In this document: positions 23,151 to 36,335 of the stretch, piece by piece | How positions within the stretch are numbered: position 1 is the first letter of the stretch | Layout: each line of letters starts with the position of its first letter | Assembly (NCBI RefSeq): GCF_006345805.1 | Contig: NC_043011.1 | Span: 55,502,464 to 55,566,463 of the forward strand | Origin: Octopus sinensis | Taxonomy: Eukaryota | Direction: 5' to 3' | Length of the DNA: 64,000 nt | Notes under the pieces: generated by a model | The model's input: the letters and a program-made list of their open reading frames with translations, nothing else | Told to the model about the DNA's origin: nothing | Databases searched by the model: none | Translations under genes and position numbers: made by a program

Positions 23151-25996
23151 TTAAATGGGTGCTGAGGAAGAATATTCTGCTATTTCTAAGTTACGGTACA
23201 AGACAGATTCCCACCTATTCACTAGTGAAGTATCACAGGGTTGAATAACTGTTATCAAGGGTCAGATCACAAATCAAACACACTTCAATACAGGTTGTTG
23301 TGCAGTATTGATGGAAGACACATTCAAGTTAAAACTGTGCCTTTGTGTTGTTTTTCTTCACAACTTGATAGCTCAGCACTTTGAACAAGGCATCGTCGTT
23401 TCTTCAGCAGTTTTCATACTGCTGTAGTGGTTAATTGTAGACTCTTCCTGAAACTTATTTACATCTGGGTTTTGGATGTTAAACAATGGAATGGTTTCGC
23501 AGAACTGAAATGTTTTTATTGTCCTGAAAAAGACAAGTAAACCAGTTTTGAGATGGAAGCTTTTAGTCACAATTTCTGCTTTTAAAGACCATATTGGCAG
23601 CTATTTTAATGTATGCTTAACTATCCAGTCAATTTCAGATATATTGAGAAATTGGCACCTTAAAACCAACCGAAAACCTTTAACCACTGCTATTGGAAGT
23701 AGGATGGCAAATCGGTGTCAGTGTGGGAGGGGAACCAAAGAGAACCAATGCCATTGCCTTAACTTAGATATCTTGCAGAACAAGTGTTAAGATTTTTTAT
23801 TGGACTTTCTTAAAAAAAAACAAAAAACGCACACACACACACAAAAAACAAACCCTGGAATATCTTAACAATAATAATGTTAGATTTAATCATCACAGTT
23901 TGTATAACCTATGTTAATAGCATAGACCATGAAATACAAAGGCAGCATTTATGCTTCCATGGCTAAGGTTGGAAAGAATTACAAAACTGAATTATTTAAA
24001 ACGTACTTTTTAAATCTGGGTTTTGTCCATAAGACATGGCAGTAGTTAAATTCCATGTAAGATATACTTCCAAACTCAGGCTATTTTCCTTAAGCATATA
24101 TATACGTAATTCGTCTGGTGAAATGGATTAGGTAGCATGAATAGATGGTGAAACTGGAACTAGTTTATAAAGATTCACCATAGAATGTTTAACCAGTTTT
24201 GAAACTAAATGATACAAGGAAATTCATTCTGTGACCTCGCCTTAATTTTATTCTGTAGCAAAAGCAATTTTAGAAAAAAATAAATAAATAAAACCCAACA
24301 AAAGCTGATGATTAGGAAAAACAAAACAAAAAAGAGAGGAATCTGTAAGAACTCAATGCATTCAATAGGAGCACAAATGGTGGAATTCAGAAACTGGGTT
24401 TGAAGTAACATTTCCACCATACACACATATTTGTGTGTAACACACCTATATATGTACACAGTTTGAATCCTTGAACAATCACAAACAGACCAATGCTACT
24501 GAGGCTTTTGTTTAACATACACACATATGTACCCCTTCCATTTTCTCAGAGGGAGATTTGACTGCTATTTCTTGCAGGTTGGGCAACGATGTAGAGGTTT
24601 CCCTCATCGAATAGTATTTTAAAGAAACATCACAAATATTAAGAGGAATAAAAACTATACCATTCTATACTGCTAGAGAATATAGGAGTTAAAAGTTCTG
24701 GAATAATTTTTGCTCAAAGCAAAATTGAAATACCAGGATCAAAAGAAAACCCTAATCTGCTATTTTGTCTAGGAGCATCTAAGTAAAAATGTCCTTCAGC
24801 AAAGCAAAGCATCTAAGTATGGATTGAACTGCTATGATAGCAAACACATCTTAGATCAAAGGAAGAAGAAAATGACAAAATGTAAACCCAGAGAAAAATA
24901 AACTAGCAAATAACTTATGGAAATAACTAAGGAAGCATTACCTTGGAATAAGAGAAAAAAAAAATTCTTTTAGCATGTTATCGTAATAGCTTCAGTGTCT
25001 AATAAATTCATGTGTGAATATATCTTTAAGCTATTTGAATTTGTATTTAGAAAAAAAAAAAAATCATAAGGAATTGAAATAGTAAGAAAGCCATTTCACT
25101 ATTGTTAAAAAACAAGAATTACAAGAAGTGGCAGAGTTAAAGTCTGTCTGTGAAAAACTGGATTCAGTTGTTTGGTGGAGACAAAGCCGAATATAAAATG
25201 ACCAAAGTCTCAAGAACTCCACCCAAACATATTTGAGGTTGGGATGGCATAAAAAAAATAAATCCAGTACAAAAAAATAACCTATTAAAATAGCAGCTAT
25301 AAAATTATAAGAACATGAATAGTTGTTTTCTTTAAACTAATGATTCTTTCTGGTCAGTGAGGGTGTAACTTGAAATTTGTGCCACCACATATTAGTAATA
25401 TTAAACCTTATCAGATGGTGTCGTTAGTTTGGAATAAAGTTAACACGGTCAGTTATCTGTAGAGAATGTCTAAATGTCAAATTATTGGTGACGTCTCAAA
25501 GTGGAATATATAAAACACCCTGTGAAAAAGAATAACTATTGGTATTATTCCAGTGTTATGTTGGTACAACCGATTGGTAATAGTCTCTTGAGCCAATGAG
25601 TTCTTTGTTGGAACTATTTCACCTGAAACCCCATCACAAATATTCTTGAGAACAACATCAATTCCACAAGTCCATATTCTGTCTCCCTCCAAACTTCACT
25701 CTTCAAGCCTATGTAAGAAACCATAGCTGCTAATAGAATATTTGGTAATTGTTATGGCAACTGCCCCCCACAAACAACAACAACAACAAGAACCCAGGCA
25801 GCCAAAAGAGTGGAGGATTGTGTTAATGTCTACAGAAAAGACTGGTTCCTTTATGACCATGAAGTATCCCTGTAATTATTGTTTAATGTTTAAAAATGTA
25901 CAGAATTTTTGTGATGAGAGAAAAAACGTCAAATAGGAACATTAAAAGAAGTCTAACTGTATTGATGTATCTGAAAATAAAAGAAGCATCACACCG

Positions 25997-26031
<35 letters not shown>

Positions 26032-29000
26032 ACAAAAGTTTGCTGAATATACTGATGAATAGCCAAAGTAGGTAGCAACTAAAATACTAAAGTACAGCAG
26101 GGAACAGTGAAAACATGTGATCAGAAGCTACTTTTAACAGTAGTAGAATGTAACAACAAAATATTAAGTGGGCTTTTTCCAGTTATCTTTTTTGATATTT
26201 TTTATTCTTTTTAATAATTTTTATACAGACAGAAAGTTGGAGAAATTTACAGGATGGATCTGTATTGAGTAGTACAAGCATGTTGCTATTCCTAACCAGG
26301 ATGTAGAGTGGTAGCACTCACAAATGGGTAAACCACTATTGGCTTAGCCACACTCAAACACTCTTAATTTGAATCTGTCATCACAATCAAGCACGGACAA
26401 GCTCAAATATGTGTGTGTGTGTGTGTGTGTGATAGGTATTTGTCTGTGCGAATGGAGATGTGTAAGTATATGTGTCTGTGCGTATGATTAACTGACGCAC
26501 GCAGCCAGCTAACACCGGTTTTTAGGAAGAGAGCAGTTCAACAATCTGCACATATATGACTAGTCATCATTCAGCTGCTGACCATTTTAGTAAGCAATTT
26601 GAAGTGAAAGACAAATGCATATTCTAGAAATGTGAAGAATTCTGACTGGTTGAACCAGGTTGGGTGGGTAGAAGAAAGACAAATTGTGTCTATGAAACTA
26701 AAAAGGTGGGTTAAAGGTTTGAAGTTAAAGCGTTTTTTCCTCCCCATTTTGTGGGGGAAGGAAAGCCGATGAAATATTATTGATTATAAATCTTGTTTAA
26801 AAAATTTAATTTGTTCCAGAGTCATGCTATTTTAAGTACTTCAGAAATATGGGAGGTAGTTACACTACAATTGGACCTTAAAAAATAAGGAAGCTTTTCA
26901 TTTGGTTCCATATTCTCCCAACTAACTAAAAATAATCACACCTGTTTAAAAGTTATTTGGTTGTAAAATTTTAAAATGTTTATTTGATAAGAATTTATGA
27001 AAATATAAATAGTTCTAATCTCTGAGAAAAGATTTTACATTTTTAAAATTTATTTTATTTATGTAAGAACCTCTACAAATGGTATTTTCACATGGGGAAG
27101 CCATGTTGTCCCTCACTTCATGTGAATGATAACCAGTCTATATAGTGGTCAGCTTGCACACACAGCTTGTGGGTATTTAACAGGAGTTTAAAAAAGAAAA
27201 AAAAAAGGAGAAAAATCAAAGAGGGGGGTGGGAGAGATTTTTGAGAAAAAGCTGCAGCTAAAAAATTTGGCTTTATACATCAGATGCATTCATTTACTGA
27301 TAAATAAGTCACCCAAAACAATAAGCTTGACCAAATTACATTTTGCACAGGGGCATATTTTAGTTTCTTCTTCAAATTAAGGAAAAAAAAAAAAAGAATT
27401 TATTCAACAAACACACAAAGATAAAGCCAGCCCCTAAACATGTGACTGCAGGTTCAAGAAAAAGGTCACTGCTCCTGTTGCATACTTGCACACGTTTGGT
27501 GCAGATTGTCTCAACTGCACTAAAAAGTGCAATTTTGTGTAACTGCCACCACTCACACACACATCCGTATTTTTATTTTAAAACATTCAAACAACTCAGC
27601 AACATTGTTATTAAATAACAAAACTCATTTTAGAACCAGTTATATCTTACTTGAATAATGGCCATCAATCTATGCTCTTCCTCATCAACGATAAAACTCA
27701 AAAAGATTAAATTTCTGAAAGTTAACAGTTATAAAACTAAAGGCTATTTGTGGCTACATATTTCATGAGAAAATTTTTAATGAGATTTGGGAAAGTTTCT
27801 TTAAACAGTATCATCATCATCATCATCATCGTCATCACTAACATGAGATAAAGATGAAGATGGCTGCACTAAGCGTTCGTTTTGAACAGGATTGGAGTCT
27901 TTGAAAATAGTTTCCTTAAAAGTTCTTATATTAATAACTGGCAAGGAATTAAAATTTTCACATCTTGCGGATGTATTTTAAGATTTCTACTGATGGCATT
28001 GGTGGCTGGCAATAGTGTGTGCGTGTTTGTGTGTGTGTGAGAGTGTTGTGGTTTATATAACATATATAAAATGTATGCAAGAGAATATTAGGTATGAGCT
28101 TTAAAATATTGTCATCATGGAGACAGAAGTTGACTCCTAAACACCTCCTATCAAAAAAGGTTTGTCAACAAGAAATACTTGACAAACAACATGCACGCAT
28201 ACACACACACACATATACATACGCTCGCACACGCACGGTCAAGTTTGTGCCTGGTTTCACAATATAAATTAAAATAAAACTCTTTACAAATTCCATGTTA
28301 ATATCTCAGAGACAAGCAACATTTGAACTAGCACAGACTAGAGTACTTTCTCTATTGTTTCATCTAGACTTTTATCACAAACATTGTATAATCTTGCCTT
28401 CTGGCATTTGTGCGATACAGGTTATCCCATCATTGAAGTCGTGAATTTTACCTCGTTATAAAGTCTGCTCAATGAGTAATGGGAAGTTAACGATACAAAT
28501 CAGTCACTAACACAAAATTTAAAAAAAAAAGAAAAATCAATGAAACCCTCAACAGAGTCAGTCATTGGGGAGGGGGTGGGGAAGTAGTTTTTTAGCATTA
28601 AAGAAAATGAGGATGAGAAGGGGGAAATGATCTCAGCTTCTACTGCATCAGAAACCAGAAAGTTAGCAAAACCTGGCAAAGAGAGGCTGAAGAGAAAGAA
28701 AAGGAAAAAAAAAAGAAAAAAAAAAGAAAATTAAAAAAAAATGGAGCAAATGAGAAGAGGATTAGAAATGGAATAATTTAGATAATCTTAGGTTTGAGAT
28801 TCATGGGTTCTAGAAATATCTTACTCAAAGAATGAGGAGCAAATGTTGCCCTCATCAGGACTTTAAGCGAATACTCAAAGGCTGGAGATTGTTCTACATA
28901 TCACTTGCTGGATGCGAGATGTAAGGGAGGGGAGAATGTGTGCTTCATGTAACAGACAGTCATGTAATGGCCCCTACTTAGGAAAAGTGTCAGAAGGAGG

Positions 29001-31879
29001 AGAAGAATACAATATCAAAGTGGCCGATGAAAATGTTTAAGATACACCACTAGACAGAAGAAGTATAAAATATTGTTTTAAGATGGGTTGTTGTTATTAA
29101 AATTAGAGAAAGGCAAAGGCCAATGAAGTGGAGACGAATTTGCCGCTCAAAAGAGAAGCAAGAAACACAGGTCATTAAAACAAGACAAAAATATTAACAA
29201 AAACACAACAAAAGTAACCTTGGCAAGAAGGAAAAAAAAAAACACCACCAAGGTAGAAGGATTTCAAATTCCAATTGAGGTTAACAAGAACAATATACGG
29301 AAAAAAAAAAAAATTCCTTTTTTAATTTCATATGAAATCCTCATTTATTCCAACTTTGGCAACATTGACACTACAGGTTGACAGCAGGGGATACATTTCA
29401 TATAGCATACTCAAGTGTTTACAGGTGTCGAAACGGTAAAGGGTGTAGCGTTTGATAAACTGTAATAAGACGATGTCAGGCAGGAGACAGAAAGATGGGG
29501 ACGGTGGGGGAGGAGAGAGGGGGAAAAAAACAAACAAAACAAAAAAAAAAAATAAAACCCCAAAAAGTCAAAAGGAGTGATGGCAAGGGGTTGGGAAAAA
29601 AGGAAAGAAAATTTTTGTATACAAGAAGAATCATCTAACAGTATCTAATCACTGAAAATGGAAGTCAACAAGTATTAGCCTTGAGCCAAGCGCCACAGAA
29701 GCTTGGCATCAGCTGAGTGTGTGTGTGTGTGCGTATGTGTGTGTGTGTGTGACTTCAGAAGGAAGTTTATAATAACAAAAATCCTTAAGGAATTTTCAGG
29801 TAAATATTTTTTAATAAATTTATGCAGATTTCCTTTTTGCGGTGATGGCTGTTGTTTAAATCAAAATGTTTTGTGAAATAAATTGAAAAGTGGGAATTAC
29901 TGGGAACAGAAATAATAATAATAATAATAAACAACCAAAGTGGGGTAAAAGAAAGATGTCTCGTGCCTGTAGAAGTAAATAAAGCACAGTAAACTGTGTG
30001 CGTCTTTCATTTTGACAGTAAAGAAAGGAGGGTCAATATAAAATGTGCTTTCTGGAGAAGGGGAAATAGAAATCAAGAAGGAAAGAAAAAATGTAATAAA
30101 AAAAAATTAAAAAAACTTTAATTCTTTTTCTTCATCTAACAAATATTATCACCCACACAATACAGTTGAATGCATGCTCAGTTATCACAATGAGACTATT
30201 CCCCTATAGGATCCAGTTAGCCTATAATAAATAAAAAGTATATATTAAAGACAAAGTTTAAACAGTTTGTTTTTTGTTTTTGTTGTTTCTAAATCCCTGG
30301 CTTAAACAAAACGGCTTGTTCTGCAGAGTTTGCTAGAATATCGCCAAAGAAAAATTAAATTAAAAAATAAGAACGGGCTAAAATTTTTTTCTTCAAATAT
30401 TACAAGTTTTTAAAGTTGGGGAGAGGAAAAACCTATCCCCCATTTTGTGCATTCATTATTTTTTTTTTTTCTGAAAACTTTTATACTGATTTTTTATTAT
30501 TTTTTATCATTTTTTTTTTCCAAACTAGGATAACTTTTCAACTTTCGGTTGTTAAATTTTCGTCATTGATTGCATTAAAAAAAAAAAAAAATCAAGTCAA
30601 GATGAATTTTGCTCGAATCATCCCAAACTGATGTTTATAGGCATACATTGTAACCCAAGAGAGGGGGTGGGGGAGAGAGAAAGAGAGAGGAAAGAAGAGA
30701 GTAAAGAACAGAGATGGAAGTAAAAAAAAAAAAAAAAAGACAAACGAAAAATACTACTAAAATTATCTAAAAGTAACCAGGTGACTGGTACTTTACTAAT
30801 GAATAACCAAATAACCTGGTATGTTAGTAACTACTTAGGTGCTGGCTGAGCAAGCTTAAGTAAACAGAATCCTGTCCCCCACCCCCACCAATCAAGCATG
30901 CCCAACAGTAACCAGTATGCTTAGGTAAATGTAACATGTTGCATACCAGTCATTTTTCCTTTTTATTTTTTTTCCATTTTTTAAAGAGTTTTCCACTTTT
31001 TTTTTTTTCAATTTTGCTTTCATGTATGTTTGGATGGATATGTATGCCTGCATGTGAAACCCCACACAGATATACACTGTGCATATAGTTAATATACATA
31101 TGTATATACATCCTATACCCTCACACATTCATTCACGCACCTATATATATATATACATAGATACACATATGTATATACACACACATACACCCATACATAT
31201 ATACACACATATATATACATATACACATACATACATATATATACATATATAAAACACACGCATGCACGCAAACACACAAATATGTATATGCCTGAATAAA
31301 TGCACGTAATTACACTTATATACACATGTATACACATACATACACTGATTATATATTCAACGCTATATATTTCTGTATAGTTTTCGTCAACAGCAAACGA
31401 CTGCCAAGCAATCACCATACAATAACATACAGAATTGAGGAGGAGGAGGAGGAGGAGAGAGAGGAAGTAGAAGGGGAGCGACATTGGACTAACAGGCCTG
31501 GAATTTATTTACCTCTCAGTACTTATTTCTAACCAATATATGACCAAACTGAAGTCATTATTTAGCATCGTAACCAGTTTGCTGGGCCACTTGTCAAATG
31601 GCCAAAATATTAGCCACAACATTTGTCCGTCGTAGTCACTCTCAAACCTGGTGTTTTTATCCTCAGTGTTTAATGCGAGGCAGGGGAATTAAAGTTTGGC
31701 ATATAAATTGTTGTTTACAACAACAACGACCTTTGATTTTAGTTTTCAAATGCGTTTAGTCATTATCAATGACAAGGACACTTTTACAAAAAGCCGCTGC
31801 TGAAGAGGAGTAGCAGTAGGCATGATGGCCGGCCATCGTCAGCCTGTTGGCGCAAGAAGCGCTCCCATACATCTGCCAA

Positions 31880-32083
<204 letters not shown>

Positions 32084-32982
32084 TCATCTAGAAAAAGAAA
32101 CTGTTGCAATGATGCAAAATTAGACATGAAAATGGCTAAAAACAAATTCTAATTTGAAAAGATATTAATTAGACAAGAAGACTTTGGGTATAACTTATTA
32201 GATTTGAGTTTAGTTCACACAGAGTTTCTCCTCAGCTAAATTCCGCTCAACACATCAGATATTTTGGGAAAGGATTCTTTCCAAAAAAGCTGCAGAGTGG
32301 AAATTGAACCTGTAACCAAACCATTTGTCAACAACTAAACTATTCCACAATTTTGGATTTGCTTTACCAAGGTTATTCTACTCAACAATGGTGTGTCTAT
32401 ACTGTTGGTCAATCTGCTGGAAATGGCAGCTAAATTTTCCTCAAATCCCACTCTACCATATCAAAAATGAAAGGACATTCTGACCAATGTAATTCCCTGA
32501 CTTGAAAAAAGTGGCCATCGTTTACCAAATTAATATCACACAAGAAAGTAGATTTGGCAATATAGGCAAAACAAGTTTTGGAGCTAAGAAGATTGGGTAG
32601 AAATGATTTATTTGTATGAAGGACAAGGTTGGAGATGACCAAAGTGTTGACCAAGTGTACAAGAGATGCTAAGCTAAAACAAGTGAAGAAAATGAAGTTC
32701 ATTTAAATTTGGTGAAAATGTATTTGGTAAAAGAGTGACTAAAAAAATGAATCTAGGATCAAGAACAGAAGAGAATAATTATTTTCTCAGTGATCTTTGG
32801 ACATCTGACATTAAATGTTGGCATCGGTTGGCAGTGGAGGTCAAGTTCCCCACCAAACACAATCACTTCCTGTTCTTTTGGGGGTTTTTTTTCTGGGTGA
32901 GGTGGTGCTACACATGGAAATATATGTACACAAGGATTAGGTTATATTTTTAGTTCTTTGAGCCAAATATGAGGGAAATATA

Positions 32983-33385
32983 GGCGCAGGAGTGGCTGTG
33001 TGGTAAGAAGCTTGCTAACCAACCACATGGTTCCGGGTTCAGTCCCACTGCGTGGCATCTTGGGCAAGTGTCTTCTGCTATAGCCCCGGGCCGACCAATG
33101 CCTTGTGAGTGGATTTGGTAGACGGAAACTGAAAGAAGCCTGTCGTATATATGTATATATATATGTATGTGTGTGTGTATATGTTTGTGTGTCTGTGTTT
33201 GTCCCTCTAGCATTGCTTGACAACCGATGCTGGTGTGTTTACGTCCCCGTCACTTAGTTGTTTGGCAAAAGAGACCGATAAAATAAGTACTGGGCTTACA
33301 AAGAATAAGTCCCGGGGTCGATTTGCTCGACTAAAGGCGGTGCTCCAGCATGGCCGCAGTCAAATGACTGAAACAAGTAAAAGAG
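32983..33385 (+). mobile_element. Full-length tRNA-headed SINE (family 1) in the last Gq intron
   Basis: ggcgcaggagtggctgtgtggtaag...ccgggttcagtccc head, central TA/TG microsatellite, 3' part shared with 1330-1534 and 44743-45131. Confidence 0.88.
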
Positions 33386-35345
33386 TATACAAGGAGTAAA
33401 TGAACTGATTCACATTATAAACAAATGTAAGATGTCAACAGGAGCAGAAGAAAAAAAGAAAGTCAAATATGTTGGGAATAATAACCAAGCAATCAACATT
33501 TTGAGCAGAAGAAAAGCTTTGCTATTTGCTTAAAATATCAACAACTTTGGTTTTTTGTATGAAGAGAAAAAGATTATTTCTGCCAGTTAAGCCGTAACAA
33601 CAATGGTAAGTCATACAGAGGAGCTCAAAGCAGCACGGAAAACAGGCATTAAATGACGACGATACTTATGGAAATTGGTGTGGAATATCATCATCATTCC
33701 CCCATTTTTACATCTGCTTTCCATGTTGGAATGAATCAACAGATGTCCATACAAGGCAATTGATTTGGTATCTATGAATGGATGCTCTTCCTACTACCAC
33801 AAACCAGTGCAGACTGGGGGGCATTTTCTCAGGGCTTCAATACTAGGCAGGTTGATTACTCCTTGGCAATAAAGAAGGGATCTCATAATCCTGCACTTTC
33901 TCTATATATGAGCTATATCAGCCTTCCAGGAGTACATGAAACTGGAACACACGAAGGAGTTTCTCAACACAGAATTACAAAGACAAGATTTGCTGACTTT
34001 CTCCAGACCAAGATGTGCTTTGTTATTGTTCTAATATCTTTCCTAGCTACTAAAATATTGAAATATCTCCAATAATTAATAGCTCTAAAATTATCATAAC
34101 ACAAAAACTGAAGCTGTTCTTGGCTTGCTTCTTCAATGTTACTGCCATTTTAACATAATCCTCTAATATTTCCCCGTATTAAACTAAGAGATCTTTATTC
34201 CAGAGACTGGAATGCCAACTGAAATTGTATCTTGCCTACTTTTTAATACCAGAAATAAAAGCATGCGGGAGAGACAAAACTGATATGGAAATATAAAATG
34301 AATAGGTGAGTGGTGGTAGTTGGAAAAGTGGTGGTCTATGGAAGACACTAATGGCAACAAAAAAAGAAAGAAAAAAAAAGAGTAATGAAGCTAAATTTTC
34401 AGCAAAAAGAATGGCAAATTTGCTGTAGAGCAAATCAGCCCAATTAAGTAAGCATGGAGAAATGTTGGCAAGAATGATGATTAGGATAGATGTGTATAGT
34501 TCACTTTTGATGGCCTGAGAAAGGGACCCGTCCATAGCTTTTATAAACTCTCCAAGACTGACAGTTATGAGGGATGTTACTGCTTAGTCTGGGTGACACA
34601 TGAAAGGATATATTGTTTAGTAGAGAAAAATTGGTGGCATCATGAGGAAGAGAGATGATAAAGAGTGAGATCAAAAGAGGGAAAATGCTTAGCAGTTGTA
34701 GTAAATCTAACAGACGAGAGAGAGAGAGAGAGAGAGAGAGTTAGTTAGTTCAAACCAAGTAAGCTGGTATGTATAAGGCTATTTACATTAAATAATTAAA
34801 AAAAAAAAAAAGGTTGCAGCTGTTTAGAAGTATTTTCTTGCATTGTTCTTGTATGAAGATTAATCTTAGGATTGCCCCGTTATATTTAGGAGTGACATAA
34901 TCTGAAGGCCAAGGACACTGATCTAAATGTTTAACAACCCCACATCTGTCAAGATAATATTATAAAATCTCCAATTACTAAATCAACGTCACTGTGAAAT
35001 AAAAAGCTAAGTGCAGGAACCAATTGTAATTTGTTAATCCTGTGAAAATGTTGAAGCTGCTGACTGGCTTTCAGAACCATCAAATTGCAACAATAGTCTA
35101 AGTCTGCAATCATTTAACAAGCACCACTTGTAAATAATGTTAGGAGTAAACAGTGAAAAGTGCTATTGAGATTAGTGTCGTCAGTGTAAGTCTAATAGCT
35201 TTATACACTCACTCCAAACAAATCATAGCATATAATAATCTTCAAAATAAGGTCTGGCTTTCAGAGAGACCCAAAATAAAATGTACAGAGTTCTATGCCC
35301 AATGTAGACTCTGCGGCATATAAAGCAGATATTATTCAACAAATG

Positions 35346-35376
<31 letters not shown>

Positions 35377-35442
35377 AACCAACAACAACAACCCATTTTT
35401 GGTCATAAAAAACTAAATATGTCAGCTGCAAAGATTATTTTA

Positions 35443-36335
35443 CAAGATGGTATCAAAAAGTTCCCAGACTAGTTTTGTAGTGCACCACCAGATGGCAGCA
35501 CACAGTGAGAGCTAGCAGTGACCTTCATGAGGCAGCGTGCTGAGTGACATCACTGCGTTTACTTTGCAAGTTGTGAAATTTGTGTGCTTGTGATCGTGTG
35601 TGTGTGTATGCTGTAGTCTGTGATTTTTGTCATGGAGAGGAAGTTGGAACAAAGAGCCAGTGTGAAATTTTGTGTTACACTTGGGAAGTCTGCTACAAAG
35701 ACACACTGAGCATGCCTCGGCAAGCTTATGGCGACAAGGCGATGGGTCGTATGCAATGTTTTGAGTGGCAAGGGAGCCTCAAAAGCTGAAGAACGTCCCT
35801 GGAAGATGATGAACAATCTGGAAGACCTGCCATGAGTGTCATCCTTGGAAATGTGGGGAAAATTCATGAAGACCATCAGAGGACAACAATGCTTTGAAGT
35901 GTTTGAGGGAGGGCATTCGGTAAGAGCAACTGGATCTGTAGAGCGTGAAGAATTGAATTCTTCATGACGGCAATGCCCCCTATCACCAAGCTCTCCTGGC
36001 CCATGAGTTTCTTGCCAAAAACAACATGGTACCAGTTCTGCACCCACCTTATTTGCTAGATTTAGCACCGGTGGACTTCCATCGCTCCCCCAAAATGCAA
36101 ATGCAGCTTAAAGGTTGTCGTTTGAACACCATTGTCAAGATGAAGAGTGAATCAGAGAAGGTTTTTAACAGAAAATGACTTCCAAGTTGGATTCCAAAAG
36201 CAGCAGAGGAACACTGGCACCAGTGTATTGCTGCACAAGGTCACAATTTCAAAGGAGATGAAGTTAAAATTTAGGTAAATAAGTTATTGTTTATTAAACA
36301 TAACTAGTCCGGGAACTTTTTTTTATACCACGTCG
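35443..36335 (+). mobile_element. Internally deleted mariner (Tc1/mariner) element
   Basis: TA-flanked TIRs caagatggtatcaaaaagttcccagactagtt / aactagtccgggaacttttttttataccacgtcg. Remnant N-terminus TLSMPRQAYGDKAMGRMQCFEW and C-terminus KMQMQLKGCRLNT; catalytic middle largely missing. Confidence 0.85.

Noticed and set aside
23373-23525. Acceptor ttttcag|GACAATAAAAAC as an alternative Gq terminal exon
   Set aside because: In the required phase 1 it gives GGA CAA TAA (immediate stop) and has no similarity to alpha5.
25477-25710. 71-aa minus-strand ORF with a nearby acceptor-like site
   Set aside because: No recognisable motif, a non-ATG start, and no phase-compatible partner exon.
31784-31879. 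31-codon open frame and 14-bp palindrome (31824-31837) after the Gq TGA, as stop-codon readthrough
   Set aside because: The context UGA-UUG is not a known leaky signal, a frame of this length is unremarkable in GC-rich sequence, and an extension would mask the receptor-binding C-terminus.
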